Source: Bacteroidales bacterium
GTDB lineage: Bacteria; Bacteroidota; Bacteroidia; Bacteroidales; Muribaculaceae
Assembly: GCA_021205635.1 (NCBI GenBank)
Contig: JAJPXC010000095.1
Coordinates: 15,076 to 79,075, forward strand
Reading direction: 5' to 3'
Length of the DNA stretch: 64,000 bases
Under the pieces are notes generated by a model, which saw only the letters and a list, made by a program, of their open reading frames with translations, ran no database searches and had not been told where the DNA came from. Positions 44,422 through 56,666 of the stretch are shown one piece after another (positions within the stretch are counted from its first letter, which is position 1; each line of letters opens with the position of its first letter). The translations under genes were made by a program, and so were the position numbers.

Positions 44422-46094
44422 CCCCCTCGCCATCTTCCGCCCTTTCACGCAACCACTTGACAATCGGCCTATTCTTAGCGATAGTGACCGTATCGATGTG
44501 GGTATACAGCAAGGATAGGGTTCTATATGGCGATGAGGTATTCTATTGTTACAATCTTAGCAATCAGGATATTACTCCTTTCTCTACCGAGTTTCCCTAC
44601 CAAGGGATTCCTATCAACACGCTGGGAGACGTGGTAGAGTCGCTTACTTGGCATTACTTTTGCTGGAACGGCCGCATTGTGCCTCACTTCATCCAGCAAA
44701 CTTTCTCAGGAATTTTGCCGCTGGAAGCGTTTTATGTGCTAAATGCCCTGGTTTTCGGCCTCACGCTCTACCTGATGGCCTATATTGCCACCAACCGTCG
44801 ACCATGGAAACGTATATGGGTGTGGGTGACTATTATGGCCACTATGATGCTATATCCCAACTGGCCCCGAGTCTTCGCATCCAACAACTTGAGCGTTAAT
44901 TACTTATGGCCGCTTACAATGGGATGCATCATCTGGATATGGTGGGTAAAATTACGTGACGGGAAGATTAAATACCCTTGGTGGAAAGGGCTCCTGACGC
45001 TTATAGCAGCCTTCTTGATGGGCTGGACCCACGAGGCTATGGTGGTGCCAATGTGCGCCACAATCCTCCTTTGGTACGTTTGGCATAAGCGATTGCCTAA
45101 ACACGCCGAGGCTTGGCTTGTGTCAGGATTTGTGGCCGGAAGCTTGATAGAGATTTTCGCCCCGGGAAATTTAGGACGATTCGACGTTCACGCCAAGCAT
45201 CTCGACACCTTGGCCTCACCTTTTATCGTGGCGCTCCTTGGGACTTTTGTGGCTATTGCCTTCGTGGCGCTATATGCAATCTTTTGGAAACGACGGCCCG
45301 CTTTGGCCCAGCATTGGCTCAAGGAGCGGGCGTGGGGTGGGGTTTTATTGCTTTTCGCCTGGGCTTTCATTCTCGCGATCCACACGGGCACCCATTGCTT
45401 CGGTTATGCCAACACGGTGGCTCTCTTATTGGTAATCAACATGTTGATCCAGTGGCATCCATGGAAATCCGTTTCCGATGTGGCAACCCGCTGGTGGGCT
45501 GCGGCGCTTCTACTCCTAGGTGTACACTTCGGATGTACGGCCTACGATCAAAATCACACCGACACGCTAATTCACCAGGCACTGGATAGATACGTCAATG
45601 CTGAGGATGACCTGATGATTATCCCCTATGACCAATTCGGCCATTGGTGGACACGCCCATGGTTGCGACTACGTTATGAATACCAATGCCGCCACACCAT
45701 CCCGCTATTGTACGCCAACGGCCAGAAAACCCTCCAGATGGTCGACCAATCGATGTTTGACGCTATCGCCGACAGCGCCAATTTCTTCGTGCCCGAGAAT
45801 CGTCTCCCGGGCGACGGGCCCTATTACTGGCGCAAAGGGATGGAACAAATCGTGTGCCACCCCGACTCGATGGGGCGTCAAGCTGTGGTCATTAAGCTCC
45901 AGCGATTTGCTGTATTCGATCCCGACATACCCATGAAGGAGCGCCTTAGATGCATCCTGCAACCCCAGCAAGCCGACGATGAATTCTACGCCGTGCCCCA
46001 CCCCACCCCGAGCCCCATCGGTCCCATCCAATTCGCGACCCTACCTCCCGACCGCCGTCCCCTCCACGTCTACTACTTCCACGGCGAATACTAG
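44418..46094 (+). CDS. Polytopic membrane protein, function unknown (GT-C-like / DUF6056-like; weak call)
   Basis: ATG overlaps the luxS stop (ATGA); 558 aa; about 10-11 TM segments; acidic YGDEVFY in the first loop; ~170-aa soluble C-terminal domain; visibly lower GC than its neighbours. Confidence 0.4.
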   Translation: MTPSPSSALSRNHLTIGLFLAIVTVSMWVYSKDRVLYGDEVFYCYNLSNQDITPFSTEFPYQGIPINTLGDVVESLTWHYFCWNGRIVPHFIQQTFSGILPLEAFYVLNALVFGLTLYLMAYIATNRRPWKRIWVWVTIMATMMLYPNWPRVFASNNLSVNYLWPLTMGCIIWIWWVKLRDGKIKYPWWKGLLTLIAAFLMGWTHEAMVVPMCATILLWYVWHKRLPKHAEAWLVSGFVAGSLIEIFAPGNLGRFDVHAKHLDTLASPFIVALLGTFVAIAFVALYAIFWKRRPALAQHWLKERAWGGVLLLFAWAFILAIHTGTHCFGYANTVALLLVINMLIQWHPWKSVSDVATRWWAAALLLLGVHFGCTAYDQNHTDTLIHQALDRYVNAEDDLMIIPYDQFGHWWTRPWLRLRYEYQCRHTIPLLYANGQKTLQMVDQSMFDAIADSANFFVPENRLPGDGPYYWRKGMEQIVCHPDSMGRQAVVIKLQRFAVFDPDIPMKERLRCILQPQQADDEFYAVPHPTPSPIGPIQFATLPPDRRPLHVYYFHGEY

Positions 46095-46194
46095 CCCCTG
46101 GATAGTGTACCGTCCCCCCTACCCGCGGCCCCGAAGGGGTGGCAGAAAACTTTCCATATCCCCATTCGTTATAATGCTATAACGACGTTTCGAC

Positions 46195-47103
46195 ATGAAA
46201 AAATGGGGTAATCTTCTGAAAGGCAATGTGAACATGCTCTTGGCCAAGCTGACGTACGGCTTGGACTATAACTGTATACGCTATCTGCAGCCTCGGTGGG
46301 TCGATCCTCGCGGAATGACAGTCGTGAGACTCGTTTGGGGAGCGTTATCGTTTTGGGCGATATCCCTGTTTTACAAGCCTGCGCGTGAGGGATTCACAAC
46401 CGCCGCCAAGTGGAAACTGATGGGCTTGGGCGCAGGGGTGTTCTTCTTCTACATCTTCTGCTTGAATGAGGCGTTGACCTACACCAGCCCAATTCCCGTT
46501 ACGCTGATTATGAATATCGACCCTGTGTGGGTGTTCATCCTCTCCTTAATTTTCCTTGGAGAGAGAGGCACGAAGCTGAAATACATTGGATTGGCTATTG
46601 GCCTTATTGGAGGCGGACTATGTCTATTGGGCGAACATAGCCACGGGCATGCGTCGGATCCTCTCCTTGGCGATATCTTCGCATTTGTGGCGTCGATTCT
46701 GTTCAGCATCTACATCGTGTGGAGTCACAGGGCGCTGCGTAATGCCAACCCTCTGGGGACACTGAAATGGGTGTTCACCGGAGCCGCAGTGCCCGCATTG
46801 GTGATGGCTCTTATATGGGGCGTGAAGTTGCCGGTGTTACACGAGGGATTGTTCTCAACGCCGATGCTGGTGCTGATTTTCGTGTGTGTATGCTCGACCA
46901 CGCTGGGTTACATCTTCTTTTACGCCGCGGTGAAGTACCTCAAAGCCACAGTGGTGGCGGTTTACGGCTACCTCAATCTAATCATCACGGCCATCGCCAG
47001 TTACATCCTTGGTCAGGATCACTTCGAGTGGTGGCAGCTCATCAGCTTCCTTCTCATCGTCCTCTCCATCTACTTGATGGAGATAGCCGAACGAAAAACC
47101 TAA
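46195..47103 (+). CDS. DMT-superfamily (EamA) transporter, paralog 2
   Basis: ATG ORF 302 aa; about 10 TM segments; aligns by eye with 17119-18060. Confidence 0.8.
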   Translation: MKKWGNLLKGNVNMLLAKLTYGLDYNCIRYLQPRWVDPRGMTVVRLVWGALSFWAISLFYKPAREGFTTAAKWKLMGLGAGVFFFYIFCLNEALTYTSPIPVTLIMNIDPVWVFILSLIFLGERGTKLKYIGLAIGLIGGGLCLLGEHSHGHASDPLLGDIFAFVASILFSIYIVWSHRALRNANPLGTLKWVFTGAAVPALVMALIWGVKLPVLHEGLFSTPMLVLIFVCVCSTTLGYIFFYAAVKYLKATVVAVYGYLNLIITAIASYILGQDHFEWWQLISFLLIVLSIYLMEIAERKT

Positions 47104-47145
47104 GGCGCCTTAGGCGTGAAAGATGGTAGTCGCAGGCAACAGCGA

Positions 47146-47178
47146 GCCACGGTGCCCCGCGGTTTGCCGCGGTGGTAA
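47146..47178. repeat. GC-rich motif (copy 2)
   Basis: gccacggtgccccgcggtttgccgcggtggtaac; downstream of EamA paralog 2. Confidence 0.7.
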
Positions 47179-47181
47179 CTA

Positions 47182-49371
47182 TTATCGATACAGCACCTTT
47201 TTGTATTCGGTGCCGCGGCGGAGGATGTAGAGGTGGCCCGATTGAGGCTGGGATACCAAGCGGCCGTCGATAGTGTAATAGCGTGGCTCGAGAGTGTAGG
47301 AGTTCTCGGCCTGAAGATCGACAGCGCCTGTCAGGTCCTTCTCGGTGATGGTGATGGTGTTGTTGGCGAAATTAACGGTCACGTCGTAGGTGCCGGGGTT
47401 AACAGCCCAGGAATAGGTGCTCGAGGCAGCCGAGCCTGTGTTGCGTACGAACGTCGTGGGAGTATCCTTCACCAACTCGGCGTTGTTGCTGGCCGCTCCG
47501 TAGCGGTCGGAGGCGTTTACCGTGTCCCAATCGGTTGACGACGAGCCAAGCACCGACGCGAGGTTGAAGTAGGCTTTCTCGTTGCCGTCAACAGCCTTGA
47601 AGGTGACATAGGATGCCGTGAACACCTTGCCGTTCTTGGCCATGTAAATGCCTGCGCTTGGATCCCAGCTATTGGAATCGAGATTACCCAAAATGTACAA
47701 CTCGTTCGGGATCAACAGCGCCCCCGCGGGATAGATGGTGATAGTCATCGCCGACAGGTCGACCTCAATATCGTAAGTGCCGGAGAGGATCTTCCAAGAA
47801 GTAGCGCTCCCAGGATTGTCAGAGAATTGTTTTACGGTCTGAGTATCACCCTGGGCAATAAGGAGATCGGAAGAAGTTGAGCCGTACCGCACGGAGGCAT
47901 TCACCGTGTCCCAATCGCTTGCGGTTGAGGCCAATTTGGTCACTAACGAGAAATAGGAGTAGCTGCTCCCGCTAAGCGTGAAGGTGACGTTGGAGGCAGT
48001 GTATACGCTACCCTTCTTGGTCATCTGCACGCCCACGTTGGTGGCCCAGCTACCGGCCTCGAGGTTACCCATGATATAAAGATTTGAGGGATAGTTGTCG
48101 CTGGCGCTGCTCTTGGTCCAAATGCAGTAGTCGGTGCCGTAGCAGTATTGGTCGCTGTCGCTGTAGCCATCGGGGGTGACCATTTCCGAACCGATTTTGA
48201 CAGCCAACGTGCCCTTTGTACCATACACCTCAGCCATATAACATGTTGAGGTTGTGCGCAATACCTTCACCTCCGAGGTGTTGGTGATACCCACCGAGTT
48301 GCGAGCCGAGATCATGCGGGCTATCTGGTCGCCGCAAGCCGTCCAGTGGGGCCAGAACACGCAAGGAGTGCCCGGGGAGCAAATCATGAACGCATTGGCG
48401 GCCGCCCAGTTGCCGTTAAACTTGTCGCCGTCGGTGCGATATGTGTCGTGGTTGTCGATAAATGTCACGGCCAACTGCTGGTACCAATGGTGGATCATAC
48501 CCGCCGGCTTGGGCGTCGTGCCGTTCTCGTACCATACGAGCTTCGACAAGTCGCCCGAATGGAACGCCGAGTTGACAGCGTATTTGAACGGGAAGTCAAA
48601 CGCCGCCGACTCGCCCCCAGTATTCTCAATCCAAGTTGCCACGGCGTCGTAAGAGGAATCCCAATACTCACCCACGCTGTAGGTGGGATTGGCATAGGTG
48701 TTATACATTTTTGTATAATATCCAGCGTAACCTTTCACCATGTCCAGGCGGAAGCCCACATAGCCCCACGTGTCGAGCAAGCATTTGCAGTAAGCCTTGC
48801 AATTGGTTTGCACGTTGGCGTTGGTATGGTCAAGGTCGCGCGAGCCGTCAAAATCGTCCCCCTCGTCGGCCGCACCGCGGGCCATGTTGGCGTAATAGTC
48901 GCCACCCTGGCTCCACACCTCATCGGTGGAGCAGATACCGTCGGTGCCGATTTGATAAGTCACGCCGTTCCACGTCTCGGCAGGGAAGTCTACCCAGTTG
49001 CTCACCCCGTTACGGTGATTTATCACCACGTCGGCGATAAAGCCAACGCCCTTATATTTATAGGTGGAGATCATGGTTTTCAGCTCTGTCTCGGTGCCCA
49101 TGTCGCTATTATGGTTAGTGAACCAATAGATAGGCATATATCCTTGACCACCAGTCGACTTAGCGCTGTTTGGCACCCATATAAGCTTGAAATAGGGCGC
49201 CAATTCGTCAGCCTTGGCCGTGAGTTGCGTCCACTTGGTCTCCGTTTGGTAAGAATCCCAGTAGAAACCTTGCAACATCACACCCTCGTAGGCCGCCGGC
49301 CAGCCAATCGCCCCGGCGGTGGCCGTAGCCAACAAGCCCAGCCCGAGTAAAAGCACTTTTCCTGTTCTCAT
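47182..49371 (-). CDS. GH13 alpha-amylase with two tandem starch-binding-like modules and T9SS CTD
   Basis: ATG at 49371 gives signal peptide MRTGKVLLLGLGLLATATAGA; GH13 regions DVVINH, GFRLDMVKG, VGEYWD, FIDNHD; duplicated ~115-aa modules (LYIMGNLEAGSW... / LYILGNLDSNSW...); CTD ..YYTIDGRLVSQPQSGHLYILRRGTEYKKVLYR. Confidence 0.88.
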   Translation of the reverse strand: MRTGKVLLLGLGLLATATAGAIGWPAAYEGVMLQGFYWDSYQTETKWTQLTAKADELAPYFKLIWVPNSAKSTGGQGYMPIYWFTNHNSDMGTETELKTMISTYKYKGVGFIADVVINHRNGVSNWVDFPAETWNGVTYQIGTDGICSTDEVWSQGGDYYANMARGAADEGDDFDGSRDLDHTNANVQTNCKAYCKCLLDTWGYVGFRLDMVKGYAGYYTKMYNTYANPTYSVGEYWDSSYDAVATWIENTGGESAAFDFPFKYAVNSAFHSGDLSKLVWYENGTTPKPAGMIHHWYQQLAVTFIDNHDTYRTDGDKFNGNWAAANAFMICSPGTPCVFWPHWTACGDQIARMISARNSVGITNTSEVKVLRTTSTCYMAEVYGTKGTLAVKIGSEMVTPDGYSDSDQYCYGTDYCIWTKSSASDNYPSNLYIMGNLEAGSWATNVGVQMTKKGSVYTASNVTFTLSGSSYSYFSLVTKLASTASDWDTVNASVRYGSTSSDLLIAQGDTQTVKQFSDNPGSATSWKILSGTYDIEVDLSAMTITIYPAGALLIPNELYILGNLDSNSWDPSAGIYMAKNGKVFTASYVTFKAVDGNEKAYFNLASVLGSSSTDWDTVNASDRYGAASNNAELVKDTPTTFVRNTGSAASSTYSWAVNPGTYDVTVNFANNTITITEKDLTGAVDLQAENSYTLEPRYYTIDGRLVSQPQSGHLYILRRGTEYKKVLYR

Positions 49372-49575
49372 ATCTCTATCTTGGTATTTAGTGTATGGTA
49401 TTATGGTCGCGAAGTTAATAAATATCTCCAAATAGGTAAATAAATTTTTTCACAAGCGGCTAATTAAAGAAAAATTTCACTAATTTCGCGTCGGCGTAGA
49501 CCATGCGCCAGCAAATGACCTTAAAATCATTCCAACGACTGACATAAATCATCATTATTTTACAGTATACCTAAA

Positions 49576-51435
49576 ATGGCAGAAAACAAAGAACGACTGT
49601 TCGACCAGTTCCCTCCGGTCACTACCGAGGAATGGCGAGCAAAAGTGGACGCCGACCTTAAAGGCGTGCCATTTGAGAAGAAGCTCGTTTGGCGCACGAA
49701 CGAAGGCTTCAACGTACAGCCAATGTACAGGGCCGAGGATATCGAGGGCCTCAAAACCACCGATTCCCTCCCTGGCGAATTCCCCTACGTGCGCGGTACC
49801 CGTAGCGACAACAACGATTGGCTCGTCCGCCAAAACATCAACGGCGACACCCCCGAGCAGTGTAACGCCACCGCCCTCGACGTGCTCAACAAGGGCGTCA
49901 CCTCGCTGGGCTTCCGCGTGGAGGATCCCGCCGAGTTGCGCACCCTGCTGAAGGACATCTACCTCCCCGCCGTCGAGATCAACATCCACTGCTGCGGCCG
50001 CAAAGCCTTAGCCGTGGCCAAAGAGCTCGTCGCTATCGCCAAGGAGCAGGGTTGCCTCGAGCAACTTCACGGCTCGATCGGCTTCAACCCCTTCGGCCGC
50101 ATCCTCAAGAAAGGCAAAGAGATGACCGCCCACGATATTGCGGCCCTCGCCAAGCCCTTGATCGAGGCCTTGAAGGATGCCCCCAAGATGCGTTGCCTGG
50201 CCGTTGACTCGGTAATGCTCACCAACTCGGGCGCCTACATTTTCCAGGAGCTGGGCTACGCCCTCGCTTGGGGAGCAGAGTGGCTCACTATCCTCACCGA
50301 CGCCGGCATCCCGGCCGACGAGGTAGCCAATCGCATCAAGTTCAACATGGGAGTGTCGAGCAACTACTTCATGGAGCTGGCCAAATTCCGCGCCGCACGC
50401 ATGCTCTGGGCACAAGTTGCCAAGCAGTACGGCTGCTCCGACGAGGCTTGCAAGATGATGGTTCAGGCCGAGACCTCGCGCTTCAACCAGACCATCTACG
50501 ACGCCCACGTCAACCTGCTGCGCTCACAGACCGAGGCCATGTCAGCCGCCCTGGCCGGTGTCGACTCGATCACCGTTACCCCCTTCGACATGCCTTACAA
50601 GCGTCCCGACGAGTTCTCGGAGCGCATCGCTCGCAACCAGCAACACCTGCTCAAGGAGGAAAGCCACCTCGACAAGGTGGTCGACCCCGCCGGTGGCTCC
50701 TACTACGTGGAGACACTCACCCTATCCATCGCCCAAGAGGCTTGGAAGCTCTTCCTCGCCGTTGAGGACAAGGGCGGCTTCCTCGCTTGCACCAACGACG
50801 GCAACGTTCAGGCCGAGGTGAAAGCATCCTCCGAAAAACGCCACACCGACATGGCCCGCCGCAAAGAGATCCTGCTCGGCACCAACCAGTTCCCCAACTT
50901 CAACGAGATGGCCGCCGAGAAGATCGAGATCCAGGAGTGCACCGGGCATTGCGGGTGTTCCAAGGAGGGCTGCGAGGCTCCCGCTGTGGAGACCCTGTCG
51001 TTCAAGCGTCAAGCCAGCGACTTCGAGGACCTGCGCCTCGCCACCGAGCACGCCCATAACCGTCCCAAGGTGTTCATGCTCACGATCGGCAACTTGGCCA
51101 TGCGCCTGGCTCGCGCCCAGTTCTCCAGCAACTTCTTCGGTTGCGCCGGATACGAGATCATCGACAACATTGGCTTCGACACTGTTGAGGCCGGCATCAA
51201 CGCCGCCATGGAGAAGGGCGCCGACGTGGTTGTCCTCTGCTCCTCCGACGACGAATACGCCACCTACGCCTCCGAGGCGTTCAAGCTGTTGAACGGCCGC
51301 GCAGAATTCGTGGTCGCCGGTGCCCCCGCTTGCACCGACGAGCTCAAGGCACAGGGCATCGAGAACTTCATCCACGTGCGTTCCAACGTCCTTGAGACCC
51401 TCCAGGGCTTCAACGACCGCCTGCTCAAAAAATAA
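49576..51435 (+). CDS. mutA: Methylmalonyl-CoA mutase small (beta) subunit
   Basis: ATG ORF 619 aa; mutase-like barrel (RIARNQQHLLKEES) and a C-terminal domain lacking the DxHxxG B12 motif; precedes mutB by 24 nt. Confidence 0.88.
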   Translation: MAENKERLFDQFPPVTTEEWRAKVDADLKGVPFEKKLVWRTNEGFNVQPMYRAEDIEGLKTTDSLPGEFPYVRGTRSDNNDWLVRQNINGDTPEQCNATALDVLNKGVTSLGFRVEDPAELRTLLKDIYLPAVEINIHCCGRKALAVAKELVAIAKEQGCLEQLHGSIGFNPFGRILKKGKEMTAHDIAALAKPLIEALKDAPKMRCLAVDSVMLTNSGAYIFQELGYALAWGAEWLTILTDAGIPADEVANRIKFNMGVSSNYFMELAKFRAARMLWAQVAKQYGCSDEACKMMVQAETSRFNQTIYDAHVNLLRSQTEAMSAALAGVDSITVTPFDMPYKRPDEFSERIARNQQHLLKEESHLDKVVDPAGGSYYVETLTLSIAQEAWKLFLAVEDKGGFLACTNDGNVQAEVKASSEKRHTDMARRKEILLGTNQFPNFNEMAAEKIEIQECTGHCGCSKEGCEAPAVETLSFKRQASDFEDLRLATEHAHNRPKVFMLTIGNLAMRLARAQFSSNFFGCAGYEIIDNIGFDTVEAGINAAMEKGADVVVLCSSDDEYATYASEAFKLLNGRAEFVVAGAPACTDELKAQGIENFIHVRSNVLETLQGFNDRLLKK

Positions 51436-51459
51436 TTCACATCAAATAGCTGAAAAATC

Positions 51460-53592
<2,133 letters not shown>

Positions 53593-53640
53593 CCACCAGG
53601 GGACCAATGCGCAGCCCTGGCGCCCCGGCTCTTGGGCGCC

Positions 53641-53679
53641 CCTCACGCGGCAGCCTCACGCGGCAGCCTCACGCGGCAG
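53641..53679. repeat. (CCTCACGCGGCAG)x3 13-mer tandem array
   Basis: Three perfect copies downstream of mutB. Confidence 0.9.
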
Positions 53680-53747
53680 CCCTCATTAAATTGCGTCTTT
53701 CGTTATCACATAATTACGTTATAACGTTATTACGACTCTACCAATCC

Positions 53748-53795
53748 AAAGCGAAGCGCGGCTCAGTTTTCGAGCCGCACTTCGCTTTTCTTTTA
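53748..53795 (+). terminator. Rho-independent terminator of mutAB
   Basis: AAAGCGAAGCGCGGCTC-N7-GAGCCGCACTTCGCTTT followed by a T-rich run. Confidence 0.75.
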
Positions 53796-53975
53796 ACAAA
53801 ATGTTGTTAAAACCACTCTTTTCGCGCTCAAAATGCCACAAAATTCGCCCTAATTCACCAAAAAGCAATCAAAACATTTGCAATGTCAATTTTTCTGCAT
53901 ATATTCGCGCATTACATTACGATAACCCTTTTACAGAGAAAAAAACGATATAATAAAAAACTAAAAGTTAAGTGT

Positions 53976-55460
53976 ATGAGAAAAATTTACGCTCTTGCCC
54001 TTTTGGCCGCCTCGACTCTCGCCGCCTCGGCCAACGGCACAACCGACATCCTCAACCAGGTCGCTCCCCAGCGCGCCGTTTTCCCTGAGAAAACAGCCAC
54101 CCTCACCCGTCATGACATGACAAAGGGCGCCCCCGCAAAGGCCGCATCCGCCTCCGAGATCGCCGGCGTATACGACGCCAAGTATTATGGCCCCCTCAGC
54201 AGCAACTCGGGTTGGAACACCGCCCAGTTCACCATCTCAGCCACCTCCGACACCGAGCTGTCGATTGTGGGCTTCTATAGCATCTACCCCGTAACCGGCA
54301 CCTACGATTCCGAGGCTGGCACTATCACCATGGCCACCAATCAGGTGATGCTCCACAACACTTATTATGACGAGGATGTCTACTTCACTACCGGCCGATG
54401 GAACGACAGCGGACAAGGTTTCTACGCCACCGAATCACTCGTTGGCACAGTGGAAGAGGACGGCTCTATCTCCTTTGACAGCGACGACCTCTTCTTCGTA
54501 CAGGTCACCGCAGGTTACTTCAACGCCGGTTACTACCTCAGCCTCACCCCATACGTGGAGCCTACCTACTCGTTCTCGGTAACCAACTGCCTCTGCGCCG
54601 ACGACAACCTGTTCTCCGCCACCATCGAGGCCGAAAACGTGGCCGATATTAAGGTTGGCCTTTTCCTCGGTAAATACTCCGCATCCGACTCCAACTTTAG
54701 CTATGTGGCCACCAACGGCTCATCTATCCAGCCCGGTGATTTCTCCTTTAGCTTCGATGGCAAAGACGCCGGCGCAGCCACCATCTTCTTCGTAGCCCTT
54801 GACGAAAGCGGCAACGTGCTTGAGGGAGTAGGCTGCCGATTCTACATCACCTACGACAACGACGACGAATGGGAGCTCCTCGGCAAAGCCACCTACACCG
54901 ACAATATCGTCACCTCGTCTTACAACTTCGGTGTCACCAGCATCGACTATGAGGTGGAAGTTCAGCAGTCAACCGGCATCGAGAATTACTACCGTATCGT
55001 CAACCCCTATGGTGCATCGACTCCGTTTAGCAACTACTCACTCACCGACCACAACCATTACCTCTACATCAACGCTTACGACCCCGAGGCCGTCGTGATC
55101 GAGGAAAGCCCCATTGGCATTGACGTCGAGGACGACGACAGTGAGATGTGGGTTGTAGGCCTGGCACCTACTTACGGAACTACCTACGGCACCATGGTCG
55201 ACAACGTAATCACCTTCCCCGCCAGCTCAATCCTCGTGGGTTACGGTAACGGATCATCCCTATACTACAGCAACAAGAACGGCCTTTTCTCCCTCATCCT
55301 CCCCGAGGGCGACTCCGGAGTAAAAGACCTAACCACTCACAACTCACACCTCACCACTCCCGTTTACTACAACCTCCAGGGCCAAATCGTCACCAACCCC
55401 GTCGCCGGCCAGCTCTACATCGAAAAGACCGGCTCCGAAGCTCGCAAAATCATCTACTAA
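53976..55460 (+). CDS. Secreted hypothetical protein with T9SS CTD
   Basis: ATG at 53976 gives signal peptide MRKIYALALLAASTLAASANG; 494 aa, beta-rich, no recognised motif; CTD PVYYNLQGQIVTNPVAGQLYIEKTGSEARKIIY. Confidence 0.65.
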   Translation: MRKIYALALLAASTLAASANGTTDILNQVAPQRAVFPEKTATLTRHDMTKGAPAKAASASEIAGVYDAKYYGPLSSNSGWNTAQFTISATSDTELSIVGFYSIYPVTGTYDSEAGTITMATNQVMLHNTYYDEDVYFTTGRWNDSGQGFYATESLVGTVEEDGSISFDSDDLFFVQVTAGYFNAGYYLSLTPYVEPTYSFSVTNCLCADDNLFSATIEAENVADIKVGLFLGKYSASDSNFSYVATNGSSIQPGDFSFSFDGKDAGAATIFFVALDESGNVLEGVGCRFYITYDNDDEWELLGKATYTDNIVTSSYNFGVTSIDYEVEVQQSTGIENYYRIVNPYGASTPFSNYSLTDHNHYLYINAYDPEAVVIEESPIGIDVEDDDSEMWVVGLAPTYGTTYGTMVDNVITFPASSILVGYGNGSSLYYSNKNGLFSLILPEGDSGVKDLTTHNSHLTTPVYYNLQGQIVTNPVAGQLYIEKTGSEARKIIY

Positions 55461-55475
55461 TCTCCTCACTTTATA

Positions 55476-56531
55476 CTACGAGGCATCGGTCACACTGGCC
55501 GGTGCCTCGTTTTTATTGGTGCGGTAACCCAGGCGGTTGATGAAGGCGAGCATGGTGGAGAGCACGGCTTGCTCCACGCGGGACTCCGACAGCACAAGGT
55601 CGTGAAGACCTCCCTTGACCGTGACCTCCGTGACCGACGGGCCAAGCCGGCGCCCGTACTTGGATATGTCGTCAACCGAAAGCACAGCGTCGCCGTGATT
55701 GAAATCCTCGGTCCACTCGTTCCCGTATACCGAGCGGTCGCTATGCATCAACAGGATAGGGATTTTGATGGTGTTGCCCCGCTGCACCACAGCCTGGGCG
55801 TCGTCGATGGCCCTAATCCACCCGGCGTCGACATCGGGCGACGATTTCAATTTCCAGTCGGTATTATAGCTCCAACGTCCATGCTCTCCGGCCAGCAGGC
55901 TTTCACTGTAAGCCGTCGAGTCGCCTTGCTTGATGCGCAGGTTGGGGGACGATCCTGCCACGCAGTCGACCATGGGGATAAGCACCCGCTCTTGCGTTTT
56001 CGACAGGTTCCAGTCGAGGAAAGGCGAGTTGAGTATCAACCCCTTGACCATAGGCGCTGGCTCTTCGCTGAGATAATAAGACGTGACAAGGCCGCCTGTG
56101 GAGTGTCCCATTAGAATCACGTCGCTGATTCCCGATTGCCGCATCACCGACAGCGCCGAATCGATGTCGGCGAAATACTCGCGCAGGTCTCTCACTTGAA
56201 ACATCTTATTTCCAGGCAGAATCGATCGGCCGTATTTACGCAGATCGACGGCATAGAAATCGATGCCGTGCCGGGCGAAGAAATCGGCCATGTCGGTCTG
56301 GAAAAAGTAATCGTTGAACCCGTGCACGTAGAGGATAGCCACATGCTGGGGAATTGGGTCGGGATCAAGATGTCGCACAACTGTACAGCACGCTTTTCCC
56401 GCGTAATCGTCCGGCTGATCGATGCGTGCCATCTCGTACCCCGGGCCCAGCGTGTCAGGTTGCCAAGTTACCGCGCTCGCCCCGAGTGCCCATATGATCG
56501 ACCACGCCGCTAAAAATCTCTTGATCTTCAT
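55476..56531 (-). CDS. Secreted alpha/beta-hydrolase (lysophospholipase / S33-like)
   Basis: ATG ORF 351 aa; signal peptide; oxyanion HGFND; nucleophile elbow GHSTGG; C-terminal His region GGLHD. Confidence 0.8.
   Translation of the reverse strand: MKIKRFLAAWSIIWALGASAVTWQPDTLGPGYEMARIDQPDDYAGKACCTVVRHLDPDPIPQHVAILYVHGFNDYFFQTDMADFFARHGIDFYAVDLRKYGRSILPGNKMFQVRDLREYFADIDSALSVMRQSGISDVILMGHSTGGLVTSYYLSEEPAPMVKGLILNSPFLDWNLSKTQERVLIPMVDCVAGSSPNLRIKQGDSTAYSESLLAGEHGRWSYNTDWKLKSSPDVDAGWIRAIDDAQAVVQRGNTIKIPILLMHSDRSVYGNEWTEDFNHGDAVLSVDDISKYGRRLGPSVTEVTVKGGLHDLVLSESRVEQAVLSTMLAFINRLGYRTNKNEAPASVTDAS
55478..55514 (+). terminator. Terminator of 53976-55460 embedded in the 3' coding end of the convergent hydrolase gene
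   Basis: ACGAGGCA..-loop-..TGCCTCGT followed by TTTT; the two convergent genes are only 15 nt apart. Confidence 0.6.
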
Positions 56532-56666
56532 AATCCTATATATTTCCTCGCCTGCGAAATTACAAAAAATCCCTCATAGCGCAAAAACAGCTGTCTAGGG
56601 ACCTGCCTGAGGATGTCCGGGGAATTAAGTTTTGAATAAAAAGAACTGGATTTCACGAAAAATCAT

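Noticed and set aside
49372-49575. Cobalamin riboswitch upstream of methylmalonyl-CoA mutase
   Set aside because: I could find no B12-box-like sequence or the expected GC-rich multi-helix core. The region is AT-rich promoter-like DNA. An Rfam scan would settle it.
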